This document shows, piece after piece, positions 62,760-64,000 of a stretch of DNA of 64,000 bases (position 1 is its first letter; every line of letters starts with the position of its first letter). The DNA is taken from contig NC_087245.1 in assembly GCF_037042905.1 (NCBI RefSeq), forward strand, positions 8,558,001 to 8,622,000. Direction: 5' to 3'. Both the position numbers and the translations under genes were made by a program. The notes under the pieces were generated by a model. That model had not been told where the DNA came from. It did not search any database and saw only the letters and a list, made by a program, of their open reading frames with translations. This DNA is from Lytechinus pictus (Eukaryota).

Positions 62760-63920
62760 AACAAGTGGAATGCCTCTGGCGGTCTCACCTGCATCACGCG
62801 ATTCAATCGATTCAATAAAGCAGCAGTGCTGACTTTGAAAATAACTATAAAATAATTATTCACAAAAACATCATTCATATAATGATACAATACTACGTTC
62901 ATTGACCTTTGACCTTGATCATTTGACCTAAAACTTGTCAGTGATACTTGATTACCCCTATATCCACATTTTATACACTATATCTATAGACTTTGAAAGT
63001 TACGACAGCAATCTAATAATTACCTCTAAAATGGCCAAAGTTCAATAACCTTAAATGACCTTTGACTTTCGTCATGTGACCTGAACCTCGCATGAGATGT
63101 TCAGTGATACTTGATGACTCTTATGTCAAAGTTTTATGAACTAGACCAATATACGTAGAGTTATGATGGTAATTCAACAAATACCCCGACATGGCCAAAG
63201 TCCAAGTACCTTTGACCACAGTCATGTGACCTGAAACTCGCACAAGATGTTCAGTGATACTTGGTTACTCGTATGTCCACGTTTTATGGACTATATACAC
63301 TTACACGGATATGATGGTAATTCAACAAATACCCCCATTATGGCCAAAGTTCATTGACCTTTGACGTTGGTCATGTGACCTTAAATTCGCACAGGATGTT
63401 CAGTGATACTTGATTACTCTTATGTCCAAGTTTCATGAATCAGATCCATAAACTTTCAAAGTTATGATAGTATTTCAACAGATGCCCACAATTTGGCCAA
63501 AGTTCATTGACCCTAAATGACATTTGACCTTAGTCATGTGACATGAAACTCAAGCAGAATGTTCAGTAATACTTGATTAACCTTATGTCCAAGTTTCATG
63601 AACTAGGTCCATATTTTCTAAGTTATGATGACATTTCAAAAACTTAACCTTAGGTTAAGATTTTGATGTTGATTCCCCCAACATGGTCTAAGTTCATTGA
63701 CCCTAAATGACCTTTGACCTTGGTCATGTGACCTGAAACTAAGGCAGGATGCTCAGTAATACTTGATTAACCTTATGGCCAAGTTTCATGACCTAGGTCC
63801 ATATTCTTTCTAAGTTATGCTGTCATTGAAAAAACTTAACCTTCGTTTAAGATTTGGTGTTGACGCCGCCGCCGTCGGAAAAGTGGCGCCTATAGTCTCA
63901 CTCTGCTTCGCAGACAAAAA
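62760..63920 (-). mobile_element. HINE family A copy
   Basis: Same termini and core; small deletion in the terminal hairpin. Confidence 0.82.
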
Positions 63921-64000
63921 TTGATAGTACAAGCCTGTGAAATGCCAGTCATGAAATAGCAATAATGAAGTTGCAAAAAATAACAATGCAGAAAAGCTGG

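Overview
AT-rich animal genomic DNA with spliceosomal introns. The repeat landscape suggests an invertebrate deuterostome such as a sea urchin (inference only). Two protein-coding genes lie on the minus strand. (1) NAPRT (nicotinate phosphoribosyltransferase): 7 coding exons from the ATG at 21814 down to 3524, with the 3' part running off the left edge. (2) SRRT/Ars2 (serrate RNA effector): 16 coding exons from 62657 down to the stop at 48199, with the 5' part beyond the right edge. SRRT contains a clear AT-AC U12-type minor-spliceosome intron (51124-52017). The rest is dense, heavily nested transposable elements: six copies of a Helentron/DINE-1-like (HINE) family carrying tandem nuclear-receptor DR1 motifs, a second HINE family, a near-full-length decayed CR1 LINE with a PHD-finger ORF1, a 5'-truncated L2/Crack-like LINE inside a MITE, two multi-kb foldback elements, many hAT/PIF/TTAA/Mutator-like MITEs, a solo LTR and tRNA-derived SINEs. 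No prokaryotic system, CRISPR array or real tRNA/rRNA gene was found. All coordinates were read by eye, and repeat boundaries without TSDs are approximate.
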